UHGV virus genome: UHGV-1360109
Strand: one strand, 5' to 3'
Length of the DNA stretch: 25,357 nucleotides
DNA from: a virus
Part shown: piece by piece, positions 1-10,489 of the stretch
Numbering within the stretch: position 1 is the first letter of the stretch
How the letters are laid out: every line of letters starts with the position of its first letter
Position numbers and translations under genes: made by a program
The notes under the pieces: model-generated
Told to the model about the DNA's origin: nothing
What the model saw: only the letters and a program-made list of their open reading frames with translations
Databases searched by the model: none

Positions 1-143
1 TCATTGGCACTGACGAACTGAAGCTTGAGCTATTCAAAATTCACTTCCAGTCAGGCGGCGCTAATTCGGATATCACGACCCGCACTATCGAAGCGGTGCG
101 TAAATCGAAGGAAGCGTTAGACCTGTTCACTACCGGAGCGTAA
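1..143 (+). CDS. 3' end of an upstream gene (partial, runs off the window start)
   Basis: Frame open from the window edge (codons from nt 3) to TAA at 141-143; translated tail ...EAVRKSKEALDLFTTGA; no family recognised. Confidence 0.3.
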   Translation, partial: IGTDELKLELFKIHFQSGGANSDITTRTIEAVRKSKEALDLFTTGA

Positions 144-222
144 ACATGGCAACTCAAGGTTTCGACAACCCATCCAAATTCCGCGATGAATGGGATAAGC
201 AAGCAGAAGGGAAATAATCAAT

Positions 223-648
223 ATGGCGACTGAGAAAAAGAAAGGTGGTCGCCCCTCTGATTATATGCCGGAGGTGGCTAATGACATTTGCGCATTGCTT
301 TCCTCCGGTGAGAGTCTGCGCAAAGTTTGCGAACGCCCAGGAATGCCGAGCAAAACATCAGTTTTTCGCTGGCTGGCTGAACATCAGGAGTTTCGTGACC
401 AGTACGCGAAGGCAACAGAGACTCGGGCCGACTCTATTTTCGAAGAGATATTCGAAATTGCTGACGACGTAATCCCTGATGCTGCCGAGGTGGCAAAGGC
501 AAGACTTCGCGTTGATACCCGCAAATGGGCGCTGGCCAGAATGAATCCCCGTAAGTATGGCGACAAGGTAACTAATGAGCTTGTCGGCAAAGACGGCGGC
601 GCAATCCAGATTGAAACATCACCGATGAGCACTCTATTCGGAAAATGA
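223..648 (+). CDS. terS: terminase small subunit, Sf6 gp1-like
   Basis: 141 aa; N-terminus MATEKKKGGRPSDYMPEVANDICALLSSGESL and C-terminus RKYGDKVTNELVGKDGGAIQIETSPMSTLFGK resemble the Sf6-type small terminase as I recall it; GA-rich RBS upstream; stop overlaps the terL start (ATGA). Confidence 0.88.
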   Translation: MATEKKKGGRPSDYMPEVANDICALLSSGESLRKVCERPGMPSKTSVFRWLAEHQEFRDQYAKATETRADSIFEEIFEIADDVIPDAAEVAKARLRVDTRKWALARMNPRKYGDKVTNELVGKDGGAIQIETSPMSTLFGK

Positions 649-2060
649 CCTCGATTAATCCTATCTTTGAACCGTTCATTGAGGCGCATCGCTACAAAGT
701 CGCCAAAGGCGGTCGAGGTAGCGGTAAGTCATGGGCAATTGCTAGGCTGCTTGTTGAAGCGGCGCGTCGTCAGCCAGTGCGTATTCTTTGCGCTCGTGAA
801 CTGCAAAACAGTATCAGCGATTCGGTAATCCGGCTGCTTGAAGACACCATCGAGCGTGAAGGATATTCGGCTGAGTTTGAAATTCAGCGTTCAATGATTC
901 GTCATCTCGGAACGAATGCTGAATTCATGTTCTACGGCATCAAAAACAACCCGACGAAGATTAAATCGCTCGAAGGTATTGATATCTGCTGGGTGGAAGA
1001 AGCGGAAGCGGTAACGAAGGAATCATGGGATATCCTGATACCAACCATCCGTAAGCCGTTCTCTGAAATATGGGTGAGCTTTAACCCGAAGAACATACTC
1101 GACGATACCTATCAGCGATTCGTTGTAAATCCTCCCGATGATATTTGCCTGCTGACGGTGAACTACACCGACAACCCGCACTTTCCTGAAGTTCTCCGTC
1201 TGGAGATGGAAGAGTGTAAACGCAGAAATCCGACACTGTATCGTCACATCTGGCTTGGTGAGCCAGTAAGCGCAAGTGATATGGCAATCATCAAACGTGA
1301 ATGGCTTGAAGCTGCAACCGATGCGCATAAGAAACTCGGATGGAAAGCGAAGGGCGCGGTTGTCTCTGCGCATGACCCATCAGATACAGGTCCAGATGCT
1401 AAAGGTTATGCATCGCGTCACGGTTCGGTGGTTAAGCGCATTGCCGAAGGTCTGCTGATGGACATCAACGAGGGTGCTGACTGGGCTACTTCGCTGGCGA
1501 TTGAAGACGGCGCTGACCATTACCTGTGGGATGGTGATGGTGTTGGTGCCGGGCTACGCAGACAGACAACGGAAGCGTTCTCCGGCAAGAAAATCACCGC
1601 CACGATGTTCAAGGGCAGTGAATCGCCATTCGATGAAGATGCGCCGTATCAGGCCGGAGCATGGGCTGATGAAGTCGTACAGGGTGACAACGTTCGCACT
1701 ATTGGCGATGTGTTCCGCAATAAGCGAGCACAATTCTATTACGCGCTGGCTGACAGGCTGTATCTGACATATCGGGCGGTTGTTCACGGTGAGTATGCAG
1801 ACCCAGACGACATGCTGAGTTTCGACAAAGAAGCGATAGGCGAGAAGATGCTGGAGAAGCTGTTTGCAGAACTGACGCAGATTCAGCGCAAATTCAATAA
1901 CAACGGGAAGCTGGAGCTTATGACTAAGGTCGAAATGAAGCAGAAGCTCGGTATTCCATCTCCTAACCTGGCTGATGCGTTGATGATGTGTATGCATTGT
2001 CCGGAGTCGGCTGCGCAACCCGACTATTCCAGTTACTCAATTCCTTGTGGTGTAGGTTGA
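645..2060 (+). CDS. terL: terminase large subunit (ATPase/nuclease)
   Basis: 471 aa; Walker A-like KGGRGSGKSWA near the N-terminus; position directly after terS; size matches P22/Sf6 TerL. Confidence 0.93.
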   Translation: MTSINPIFEPFIEAHRYKVAKGGRGSGKSWAIARLLVEAARRQPVRILCARELQNSISDSVIRLLEDTIEREGYSAEFEIQRSMIRHLGTNAEFMFYGIKNNPTKIKSLEGIDICWVEEAEAVTKESWDILIPTIRKPFSEIWVSFNPKNILDDTYQRFVVNPPDDICLLTVNYTDNPHFPEVLRLEMEECKRRNPTLYRHIWLGEPVSASDMAIIKREWLEAATDAHKKLGWKAKGAVVSAHDPSDTGPDAKGYASRHGSVVKRIAEGLLMDINEGADWATSLAIEDGADHYLWDGDGVGAGLRRQTTEAFSGKKITATMFKGSESPFDEDAPYQAGAWADEVVQGDNVRTIGDVFRNKRAQFYYALADRLYLTYRAVVHGEYADPDDMLSFDKEAIGEKMLEKLFAELTQIQRKFNNNGKLELMTKVEMKQKLGIPSPNLADALMMCMHCPESAAQPDYSSYSIPCGVG

Positions 2061-2061
2061 T

Positions 2062-4260
2062 ATGGCAGAAAAAAAGATGACTGACTGGCATCGCAAGGTG
2101 CTGTGCAACTTTGATAATGCCTGGTCAGCAACGCAGGATATGCGTGAGCAGATTATTGAGGCTCAACGTTTCGTCCGGGTGTCCGGCGCACAGTGGGAAG
2201 GCAGCACAAACGCTGGTTACTCATTTGATGAAGGCAGGTTTGAGCATTACCCGCGCTTTGAACTGAATAAGATTGCCCGTGAATGTGATCGCATCATTGG
2301 CGAGTATCGACAGAATCGCATCAGCGTTAAATTCAGGCCGAAGGATGACAGGGCATCGGAAGCGTTAGCCGAAAAGATGAACGGCAAATTCCGCGCTGAT
2401 TATCAGGAAACATCCGGTGGCGAAGCGTGTGATAACGCATTTGATGATGCTGTAACGGGCGGATTCGGTTGTTTCCGCATGTGTGCTGATTACGAAGATG
2501 AAATGGATCCGAGTAACGAGCAGCGACGCATCAGCCTTCTTCCTGTTTACGACCCGGCGACATGCGTCTTCTTCGATCAGGACAGCAAGCAATATGACCG
2601 CTCTGATGCTATGTGGGCTATGGAAATGTTCTCCATGACGCCTAAAGCGTTCGAGGCTGAATACCCTGATTCCATCGCGGCAAGTCTTTCTCGTGATGAC
2701 ACTGGCACTCAATATGACTGGTCAACTCCTGATGCTATCTATGTTGGTCGCTACTACGAAGTTCGCATAGAGAAGGTGAAGCTCACAGCATGGCGTAACC
2801 CTGTTAGCGGAGAAACGGCAATCTATGATGAAGAGCAAATCAAAGATATTGTCGACGAGCTGACCGATGGTGCATTCGAACTGATTGGTGAGCGGACAGT
2901 GAAGAAACGCCGAGTTTATTGCGGTCTTCTGTCTGGCGCTGAATGGCTGGAAGAACCGAAGCGTATTCCGGGCGAACATATTCCTCTCATCCCGGTATAT
3001 GGGCGTCGTTCATTTGTTGATAATCAGGAGCGAATCGAAGGCCACGCAGCAAAAGCGATGGATGCACAGCGTCTTGAGAACCTGATGGTTTCCATGATTG
3101 CAGATAACGCTACTCAGGCTGGCGGTGATGGCATTCCTGTAGTTGATGTTGACATGATTCCTGGTCCTCTTGCCACTCATTGGGCGGAGCGCAACAAAAA
3201 GCGCCCGGCGTTCCTGCCGATGGTCAGTCTGAAAAACAAAAACGGAGATATTACTGCGCAGGCTCAGGTCAGCAGTTATACACCTCCGACACAAATGCCT
3301 CCTGCTCTTGCCGGGCTATTGCAGTACACCGGAACGGCTATTCAGAAAATTACAGGTGCGTCGCAGCTTGAGAACATGCCGAGCAACGTCGCCACCGATA
3401 CCGTTGATAGCATCTTTAACCGGATGGACACGCAGTCCTATATCTACATGGACAACATGGCTAAATCCATGCGTCGCGCTGGCGTTGTGTGGCTTTCTAT
3501 GGCGCGTGAGGTCTATGGCAGTGATACGCCGATGCGTATCGTTAATGAGGACGGCAGCGATGACGTGGCGCTGATGACTGGTGAAGTGGTTGACCGTCAG
3601 ACAGGGCAGGTTATCGCGCTTAATGACCTTTCGCAGGGCAACTATGAAGTGACTGTCGATGTCGGTCAGTCGTTCGCTACTCGCCGTGATGCAACGGTTA
3701 AGTCGTTACTTTCCATGCTGGCACTTATCCCACCAGGAACGCAGAAGCACGACCTTGTATCGTCGATGATTCTCGACAATATGGACGGCGAAGGGATGGG
3801 CGACCTTAAAGAATACAACCGCAATCAGTTGCTTCTGTCTGGCGTTATCAAGCCGAGAACGCCTGAAGAACAGCAGATGGTTGAACAGGCGAAACAACAA
3901 CAGGCCAGTCAGCCAGATCCGGCTATGGTTGCAGCGCAAGGTCAGCTTCTTGCAGGTCAGGCTGAATTGCAGAAAGCGCAGAACGAACAGGCAGCCATTC
4001 AGGTTAAAGCATTCCAGGCACAGACTGATGCTCAGGTTGCAGCGGCAAACGTTGTGAAAATCCTCGCATCTGCCGATAGCCAGCAGAAATCTGATATCCG
4101 CGAGGCTCTGAAACTGCTCGGACAGTTCCAGCAACAGCAAGGAGACAATGCCCGTGCTGATGCAGAGCTTGTCCTGAAAAGTCAGGCACAGGGTCATGCG
4201 CAGCGAATGGACATCAGCAGCATCCTGCAAAAATCAACCCAGCAACAATCACAGCAGTAA
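2062..4260 (+). CDS. portal protein (P22 gp1-like)
   Basis: 732 aa, immediately after terL; Gln/Ala-rich C-terminal tail typical of the P22 portal barrel; conserved gene order. Confidence 0.92.
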   Translation: MAEKKMTDWHRKVLCNFDNAWSATQDMREQIIEAQRFVRVSGAQWEGSTNAGYSFDEGRFEHYPRFELNKIARECDRIIGEYRQNRISVKFRPKDDRASEALAEKMNGKFRADYQETSGGEACDNAFDDAVTGGFGCFRMCADYEDEMDPSNEQRRISLLPVYDPATCVFFDQDSKQYDRSDAMWAMEMFSMTPKAFEAEYPDSIAASLSRDDTGTQYDWSTPDAIYVGRYYEVRIEKVKLTAWRNPVSGETAIYDEEQIKDIVDELTDGAFELIGERTVKKRRVYCGLLSGAEWLEEPKRIPGEHIPLIPVYGRRSFVDNQERIEGHAAKAMDAQRLENLMVSMIADNATQAGGDGIPVVDVDMIPGPLATHWAERNKKRPAFLPMVSLKNKNGDITAQAQVSSYTPPTQMPPALAGLLQYTGTAIQKITGASQLENMPSNVATDTVDSIFNRMDTQSYIYMDNMAKSMRRAGVVWLSMAREVYGSDTPMRIVNEDGSDDVALMTGEVVDRQTGQVIALNDLSQGNYEVTVDVGQSFATRRDATVKSLLSMLALIPPGTQKHDLVSSMILDNMDGEGMGDLKEYNRNQLLLSGVIKPRTPEEQQMVEQAKQQQASQPDPAMVAAQGQLLAGQAELQKAQNEQAAIQVKAFQAQTDAQVAAANVVKILASADSQQKSDIREALKLLGQFQQQQGDNARADAELVLKSQAQGHAQRMDISSILQKSTQQQSQQ

Positions 4261-4350
4261 TTAACCAATAACGTGCAATGGCTGTCTTTATGAGGCCTGG
4301 CACCCTATTGCCTTCCGATGGGCTGAACATCGAGTAAACAGGGGTAACAA

Positions 4351-5244
4351 ATGGACCAGATGGCAGAAAACACACCAGAAGTTGAAATAGAAACCGATAC
4401 ATCAGAGCAGATTCCTGATGATGTCGAACTGGCTGAAGAAGTCGAAACAGAAGATGGCAGTGAGTCCTCCGGCAATGATGCAGAGGAAGCTACTGAAACT
4501 GATGACGACGAATCAGAACAGGAATTCTACTTTGGTGACGAAAAGCTGGATTCGCCAACCAGCGAAGATGGCGCTGAGCATGGACTGGTAAAACACCTGC
4601 GCAAGACGATTAAAGAGAAAGACCGCGAGCTGAAAGAGCTGATGCGTCAGTCTCAGAAACCCGTCGAGCAGCAGCCGGTAATCACTCAACCACCGCGAAT
4701 GCCAAAACTGGATGATGAGGACATCGGTTTCGATGAAGAAATCTACCAGCAACGCATGGCTAAGTGGGCAGAGGATAACGGCAAGTACCAGCAACAGGAG
4801 ATGGCTCGCAAGCAGAAGGTGCAGGAGCTTCAGGCTGCCTATCAAGAGCGATTATCCAAATATCAGCAACGTGTTAAGGCTCTCAAGGTTCCTAGCTATC
4901 AGGAAGCTGAACAGGCCGTACTCGAGGAAATCTCCATCGAGACACAAAACGCGATCCTGTTTGAGTCAGAGAAGCCGGAAATCGTTGTTCTGGCACTCGG
5001 TCGCAACGCTGAACTGCGCAAGCAACTGGCAGAAGCTACCAACCCCGTAGCAATTGGTCGTCTGCTGGAACGTATCGAATCGAAGGCCAGAATCATGCCA
5101 AAAGCAAAAACCACGGCAGCCACAACCCCGACAGTTAAGGGGAGCAACGGCGCAGTAATCAATAACCTCGACAAACTGAAAGCCAAAGCGCTGGAAACTG
5201 GTGACTGGACGCCGTATTTCGCCGCTAAAAGGCAAAAAAAATAA
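4351..5244 (+). CDS. scaffolding protein (P22 gp8-like)
   Basis: 297 aa; very acidic N-terminus, coiled-coil-like middle, basic C-terminus (LDKLKAKALETGDW...KRQKK) resembling the coat-binding end of P22 scaffold; sits between portal and coat; AGGGG RBS. Confidence 0.85.
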   Translation: MDQMAENTPEVEIETDTSEQIPDDVELAEEVETEDGSESSGNDAEEATETDDDESEQEFYFGDEKLDSPTSEDGAEHGLVKHLRKTIKEKDRELKELMRQSQKPVEQQPVITQPPRMPKLDDEDIGFDEEIYQQRMAKWAEDNGKYQQQEMARKQKVQELQAAYQERLSKYQQRVKALKVPSYQEAEQAVLEEISIETQNAILFESEKPEIVVLALGRNAELRKQLAEATNPVAIGRLLERIESKARIMPKAKTTAATTPTVKGSNGAVINNLDKLKAKALETGDWTPYFAAKRQKK

Positions 5245-5262
5245 CCTATCGGAGCATTAAGC

Positions 5263-6528
5263 ATGGCTAACCAATTAGTAAAAGACCTTGAAATCATGTT
5301 CGAAAACTACGTTGAAGGCTTTGAGGCCGCCTGCGTAGTTTCCCGTAACGCTAAAAAATTCCGTCCCGGTGATACAGCAATGCAGCGAGTAGGTGATGTT
5401 CTGTATCGTCCGCAGCATTACCACATGAACATTGAGGAGGGCTTGGACCTCAGCGAAAAAACATCAACAGCACTGGTTCAGCGCCTTGTTCCTTCTGTGT
5501 TCAAGGAGCCGAAAAACATTCTGTACACTCTGGATGCGCGTGAAATGCGTGACCCTGAACATAAAACTGAAGCTGGTCGAGCCGCAGGTATGCGCCTTGC
5601 TGCACAGATTGACTCTGACCTGATTTCCATGGTCACGCAGCGTGCTACTAACGTGGTCGCAGTTCCTGACTCAGCAACTGGCTCGCGTGGCCTTGCCTTG
5701 TGGAATGGTGCGGCAGATATTGATGCCACCATGACGGCGATTGGTGTGCCGCAGGGTATCAACCGTCGCTCTTTCTGGAACCCCTTCAACTACAAAGACC
5801 TTGCTGGCGAGCTTGGTCACCGTGCCTACGCTCAGGGCGCAACCATGACAGCATACGAAAAAGCGCAAATCCCTCCGGTTGCTTCCTTCGATAGCTACAA
5901 GACCGATATTTCCGGTCGTGTTCCGGAGGGTAAGACTGTAGAAAATGGCATTAAGCTGACTGAAGAACCTAAGCACAAGGTTGAAGCGAAAGATGTTAAT
6001 GGTATGCCTGTTGATAACCGACAGGGGACAATTAAGGTATCTGCTGCGGGTTTGCAGGTTGGCGATGCGTTTACCATCGCAGGTGTGAATTCCGTACACC
6101 AGATCACCAAAGATACCACCGGGCAACCGCAGGTATTCCGCGTTCTGGCAGTAGACACAGCAGGAACCACCGTAACAATCTCTCCGAAAATTCTGCCGCC
6201 TAACAACACGGATACCGCCAGCCGTCCATATGCAAACGTTGATGCTAATGCGGCAAATAATGCAGTAATCACCATTCTCAACAAAAAAGCCGCACCGGCT
6301 AACCTGTTCTGGGCTGATGGTTCTGTTGAGCTGATGTACGGCAAACTGGCGTTCCCGACTGGTCAGGGTCCACAGGTAATGACTGCAACCACCGAGCAGG
6401 GCGCTACGCTGATCATGTCTTACGCCTTCGACCACATCAAAGGCGTAACCACTGCGCGTTTCACCACTCTGTACGGTTGCTCTGTACTTGTTCCTGAATA
6501 TACGGGCATCGTTATTGCCGGGCAGTAA
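5263..6528 (+). CDS. major capsid (coat) protein, P22 gp5-like
   Basis: 421 aa after the scaffold gene; segment YANVDANAANNAVITILNKKAAPANLFWADGS resembles the P22 coat YANV...FWADD region; followed by a strong terminator. Confidence 0.9.
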   Translation: MANQLVKDLEIMFENYVEGFEAACVVSRNAKKFRPGDTAMQRVGDVLYRPQHYHMNIEEGLDLSEKTSTALVQRLVPSVFKEPKNILYTLDAREMRDPEHKTEAGRAAGMRLAAQIDSDLISMVTQRATNVVAVPDSATGSRGLALWNGAADIDATMTAIGVPQGINRRSFWNPFNYKDLAGELGHRAYAQGATMTAYEKAQIPPVASFDSYKTDISGRVPEGKTVENGIKLTEEPKHKVEAKDVNGMPVDNRQGTIKVSAAGLQVGDAFTIAGVNSVHQITKDTTGQPQVFRVLAVDTAGTTVTISPKILPPNNTDTASRPYANVDANAANNAVITILNKKAAPANLFWADGSVELMYGKLAFPTGQGPQVMTATTEQGATLIMSYAFDHIKGVTTARFTTLYGCSVLVPEYTGIVIAGQ

Positions 6529-6535
6529 TTTTATT

Positions 6536-6558
6536 GGGGCTTCGGCCCCATTTTTATT
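6536..6558 (+). terminator. rho-independent terminator after the coat gene
   Basis: GGGGC-TTCG-GCCCC hairpin followed by ATTTTTATT. Confidence 0.75.
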
Positions 6559-6569
6559 GGGAGAAGACA

Positions 6570-6758
6570 ATGGCACGAACAATGCTCTATAAGCCTGGCA
6601 ACATGATCACCTGTGGTCAGTTTGCTGTCGATTACATCATCGTTGATGACGAAGAAGTTAAATCTCACCTGAAAAAAGGCTGGGTAAAAACTCCTGAAGA
6701 AACCGCAACGAAGCAAAAAGTGGCTAAGGCGGAAGAAGATGGCGAAAACGAAGGGTGA
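6570..6758 (+). CDS. small hypothetical protein between coat and gp4
   Basis: 62 aa from ATG 6570 with GGGAGAAG RBS; the ORF-track start at 6534 lies inside the terminator hairpin, so the internal start is preferred; no family recognised. Confidence 0.5.
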   Translation: MARTMLYKPGNMITCGQFAVDYIIVDDEEVKSHLKKGWVKTPEETATKQKVAKAEEDGENEG

Positions 6759-7200
6759 TCTCGTTCTAAAGGCTTTACGAAAAGCCGGGCTGTATTCCAA
6801 TGCCACGTTGACAGATGCTGACCCTCAGGCAATTGAAGATGCCATTAATGACCTCGAAGACATGATGGCAGCATGGCAGGCTAAAGGTATCGAGCTTGGA
6901 TATCAGTTTGCTGATACAGAAAACGGCATCATGCCGTTACCTGACGATGATTCAGGTATCCCTGCATGGGCAAATGATGGCGTCGCTTTGAAACTCGCTG
7001 TGCAAGTGTGCATGGATAACGTCATTCAGCCGTCAGACGCTCTCCTTACCGCTGCTGACAGTGCATATCAAACAATCTGTATCGCTTTAACCAAAATACC
7101 ACCACTTGAGCGGCGAAATGATATGCCTCGCGGGGCGGGGTTAAAAAGCGCGTTTACGTGGAATCGGTTTTACATCGAGAAAGATGATCCGAGTACGTGA
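6739..7200 (+). CDS. head completion / tail accessory factor, P22 gp4-like
   Basis: 153 aa; N-terminus MAKTKGDLVLKALRKAGLYSNATLTDADPQAIEDAINDLEDMMAAW resembles P22 gp4; conserved position. Confidence 0.85.
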   Translation: MAKTKGDLVLKALRKAGLYSNATLTDADPQAIEDAINDLEDMMAAWQAKGIELGYQFADTENGIMPLPDDDSGIPAWANDGVALKLAVQVCMDNVIQPSDALLTAADSAYQTICIALTKIPPLERRNDMPRGAGLKSAFTWNRFYIEKDDPST

Positions 7201-7209
7201 GGTGAATAA

Positions 7210-8628
7210 ATGCCGATTCAGCAACTTCCGCTTATGAAAGGTGTCGGCAAAGACTTTCGAAACGCCGACTATATCGACTATCTGCCAGTGAATATGCTGG
7301 CTACGCCCAAAGAAATACTCAACAGCAGCGGATATCTTCGCTCATTCCCGGGCATTGCCAAACGTTCTGATGTGAACGGCGTATCGCGGGGCGTCGAGTA
7401 CAACATGGCGCAGAATGCTGTTTATCGCGTATGTGGTGGTAAGCTGTACAAAGGAGAAAGTGAAGTCGGTGACGTCGCCGGAAGTGGTCGCGTATCAATG
7501 GCGCATGGTCGAACATCTCAGGCTGTAGGCGTTAATGGTCAACTGGTCGAGTATCGCTATGATGGCACGGTTAAAACCGTCTCAAACTGGCCTACAGACA
7601 GCGGATTCACGCAGTATGAGTTAGGCTCAGTCCGCGACATTACGCGATTACGTGGGCGTTATGCGTGGTCAAAAGACGGTACTGATTCATGGTTTATCAC
7701 TGACCTTGAAGACGAATCTCATCCTGACCGCTACAGCGCACAATATCGCGCAGAATCGCAGCCGGACGGCATCATCGGCATCGGAACATGGCGAGACTTC
7801 ATCGTCTGCTTTGGCTCATCGACGATTGAATATTTCTCCCTGACGGGCGCAACCATTGTTGGTGCCGCTTTGTATGTCGCCCAGCCATCGCTGATGGTGC
7901 AGAAAGGCATCGCCGGAACCTACTGCAAAACGCCGTTTGCTGATTCGTATGCGTTCATCAGCAATCCGGCAACAGGTGCGCCGTCTGTGTACATCATCGG
8001 CTCCGGTCAGGTGTCACCAATCGCCAGCGCGAGCATTGAGAAAATCCTCCGCTCCTACACTGCTGATGAACTGGCTGATGGCGTGATGGAATCGTTGCGC
8101 TTTGATGCTCATGAGTTGCTGATTATCCACCTTCCGCGCCATGTTCTCGTGTACGACGCATCTTCAAGCGCCAATGGTCCGCAATGGTGTGTGCTGAAAA
8201 CAGGCTTGTATGACGATGTGTACCGCGCTATCGACTTCATTTACGAAGGCAATCAGATAACGTGCGGAGATAAGCTGGAATCGGTTATCGGCAAATTGCA
8301 GTTCGATATCAGCAGCCAGTATGGGCTACAGCAAGAACACCTGTTGTTTACACCACTCTTCAAAGCTGAGAACGCCAGATGTTTTGATCTGGAAGTTGAA
8401 TCATCGACTGGTGTCGCTCAGTACGCTGACCGCCTGTTCCTCTCTGCAACCACTGACGGCATCAATTACGGACGTGAGCAGATGATTGAGCAGAATGAAC
8501 CGTTCGTTTACGACAAACGCGTTTTGTGGAAGCGAGTAGGGCGCATCAGGAAAAATGTCGGCTTCAAATTGCGCGTTATCACGAAGTCACCTGTCACTCT
8601 GTCTGGCGCTCAGATAAGGATCGAGTAA
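7210..8628 (+). CDS. tail accessory factor, P22 gp10-like
   Basis: 472 aa, the same length as P22 gp10; GAGGTGA RBS; conserved order gp4-gp10-gp26. Confidence 0.88.
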   Translation: MPIQQLPLMKGVGKDFRNADYIDYLPVNMLATPKEILNSSGYLRSFPGIAKRSDVNGVSRGVEYNMAQNAVYRVCGGKLYKGESEVGDVAGSGRVSMAHGRTSQAVGVNGQLVEYRYDGTVKTVSNWPTDSGFTQYELGSVRDITRLRGRYAWSKDGTDSWFITDLEDESHPDRYSAQYRAESQPDGIIGIGTWRDFIVCFGSSTIEYFSLTGATIVGAALYVAQPSLMVQKGIAGTYCKTPFADSYAFISNPATGAPSVYIIGSGQVSPIASASIEKILRSYTADELADGVMESLRFDAHELLIIHLPRHVLVYDASSSANGPQWCVLKTGLYDDVYRAIDFIYEGNQITCGDKLESVIGKLQFDISSQYGLQQEHLLFTPLFKAENARCFDLEVESSTGVAQYADRLFLSATTDGINYGREQMIEQNEPFVYDKRVLWKRVGRIRKNVGFKLRVITKSPVTLSGAQIRIE

Positions 8629-9329
8629 TGGCTGATTCGAATCTCAACACCCCTGTTATTGTGCAGGCGACGCGGCTCGATACATCAATCCTTCCACGCA
8701 ATATATTCAGCCAGTCTTACCTGCTGTATGTCATTAATCAGGGGGCTGATGTCGGCGCAATTGCCGGGAAGGCAAATCAGGCTGGTCAGGGCGCTTACGA
8801 TGCTCAGGTGAAAAACGATGAACAGGACGTCGAACTGGCAGATCACGATTCAAGAATCACCGCAAACACAAAAGCGATAAATCTCCTTGAGGTCAGGTTA
8901 ACAACCGCCGAAGTGAAGATAGTCGTACTGCGTAGCGATGTTGATTACTTGCTGGATGAGGTTATCGATATTCAGGCGCATCTGGTCACTGTTGACAAAA
9001 GACTGGATGGCGTAGAAAGCGATGTATCTGACATTAAGAGTGATTACGTATCGAAAACCGTAACCAAATTGCAGTCTCTTGCGTCACCGTTGGATGTAAA
9101 AACATCATATTCAGTTGATGGAATTCAGGTTGTTGGAGCAAGAAATACCGGATGGACTGCAGCCACAGGTACACCTCTTCTTGGCTCATTCAACGCTAAC
9201 CAGTCATACACGGTCGGCACTACGTACACACAATCCGAAGTCGCAGCTATCGCTACAGGTTTGGAGCAGGCGCGGCAGCGTATTCTGGCGCTTGAAACAG
9301 CACTTAGATTACATGGGTTGATTGACTGA
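8628..9329 (+). CDS. tail needle (P22 gp26-like)
   Basis: 233 aa from ATG 8628, which overlaps the gp10 stop; N-terminus [84 protein letters not shown] and C-terminus ALRLHGLID resemble P22 gp26; the ORF-track start at 8526 is an upstream in-frame extension. Confidence 0.9.
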   Translation: MADSNLNTPVIVQATRLDTSILPRNIFSQSYLLYVINQGADVGAIAGKANQAGQGAYDAQVKNDEQDVELADHDSRITANTKAINLLEVRLTTAEVKIVVLRSDVDYLLDEVIDIQAHLVTVDKRLDGVESDVSDIKSDYVSKTVTKLQSLASPLDVKTSYSVDGIQVVGARNTGWTAATGTPLLGSFNANQSYTVGTTYTQSEVAAIATGLEQARQRILALETALRLHGLID

Positions 9330-9784
9330 TGATTACATTCAAACCAACGCGAAACATCGACCTGATAGAAGCTGTCGGAAATCACCCTGACATTATTGCC
9401 GGGAGCAACAACGGTGATGGATACGACTACAAGCCTGAATGCCGTTACTTTGAGGTTAACGTGCACGGTCAGTTTGGCGGCATTGTTTACTATCAGGAGA
9501 TTCAGCCGCTTACATTCGATTGCCACGCCATGTACCTGCCAGAGGTTCGCGGATTCAGCAAGGAAATCGGGCTGGCGTTCTGGCGATACATTCTGACTAA
9601 CACCACCGTTCAGTGCGTCACGTCGTTCGCTGCACGCAAATTCCGCCACGGGCAGATGTACTGCGCAATGATTGGCCTTAAGCGTGTAGGAACCATCAAG
9701 AAATACTTCAAGGGCGTGGATGACGTGACTTTTTACAGCGCAACACGCGAAGAACTAATCGACTTCCTGAATCACGGGAGATAG
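9329..9784 (+). CDS. virion-associated protein in the gp14 slot
   Basis: 151 aa; start overlaps the gp26 stop; sits where P22 gene 14 lies (26-14-7-20-16); the sequence itself is not recognised. Confidence 0.55.
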   Translation: MITFKPTRNIDLIEAVGNHPDIIAGSNNGDGYDYKPECRYFEVNVHGQFGGIVYYQEIQPLTFDCHAMYLPEVRGFSKEIGLAFWRYILTNTTVQCVTSFAARKFRHGQMYCAMIGLKRVGTIKKYFKGVDDVTFYSATREELIDFLNHGR

Positions 9785-9786
9785 CC

Positions 9787-10479
9787 ATGTTATATGCATT
9801 TAAGCTGGGCAGAAAACTGCGCGGCGAGGAACCTTATTGCCCTGAAAAAGGCGGGAAAGGTGGCAGTTCTGATAAAAGTGCAAAGTATGCCGCAGAAGCT
9901 CAGAAGTATGCCGCAGACCTGCAAAATCAGCAGTTCAACACCATCATGAACAACCTGAAGCCGTTTACTCCTCTGGCTGGGAAGTATGTCGGCAGCCTTG
10001 AGAACTTATCGTCTCTGGAAGGGCAAGGTCAGGCACTTAACCAGTATTACAACTCTCAGCAGTATAAAGACCTTGCAGGTCAGGCTCGCTATCAGAGTCT
10101 GGCGGCAGCGGAAGCAACAGGTGGATTGGGTTCCACCGCAACCAGTAATCAGTTAGCAACAATCGCACCAACGCTTGGTCAGCAATGGCTGTCTGGACAA
10201 ATGAACAATTACAACAACCTGGCAAATATCGGTCTTGGCGCTCTTCAGGGACAGGCAAACGCCGGGCAAACATATGCCAACAACATGAGTCAGATTTCAC
10301 AGCAAAGCGCGGCGCTGGCGGCGGCAAACGCCAACCGACCGTCAGCATTGCGGCAGGGTGTTAGTGGTGCTGCATCCGGTGCGCTTTTGGGTGGTGGTAT
10401 AGCCAGTGCTCTCGAGCTATCAACTCCGTGGGGTGCTGGTATCGGTGCTGGTCTTGGTCTGCTTGGTTCGCTGTTTTAA
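9787..10479 (+). CDS. ejection (internal virion) protein, P22 gp7-like
   Basis: 230 aa; Gly/Ala/Gln-rich with hydrophobic Gly-rich C-terminus; conserved position and size. Confidence 0.82.
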   Translation: MLYAFKLGRKLRGEEPYCPEKGGKGGSSDKSAKYAAEAQKYAADLQNQQFNTIMNNLKPFTPLAGKYVGSLENLSSLEGQGQALNQYYNSQQYKDLAGQARYQSLAAAEATGGLGSTATSNQLATIAPTLGQQWLSGQMNNYNNLANIGLGALQGQANAGQTYANNMSQISQQSAALAAANANRPSALRQGVSGAASGALLGGGIASALELSTPWGAGIGAGLGLLGSLF

Positions 10480-10489
10480 GGGGTAATCA

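Noticed and set aside
146-217. 23-codon ORF (MATQGFDNPSKFRDEWDKQAEGK) between the upstream partial gene and terS
   Set aside because: Too short to support without conservation or expression data, and no clear SD.
1554-2018. 154-aa minus-strand ORF
   Set aside because: Antisense to the terminase large subunit gene; typical shadow ORF.
3706-4230. 174-aa minus-strand ORF
   Set aside because: Antisense to the portal gene; Leu/Cys-rich shadow ORF.
5671-6582. 303-aa minus-strand ORF
   Set aside because: Lies entirely antisense to the coat gene, which has clear P22-coat similarity and context; Cys/Arg-rich, low-complexity translation; no RBS logic.
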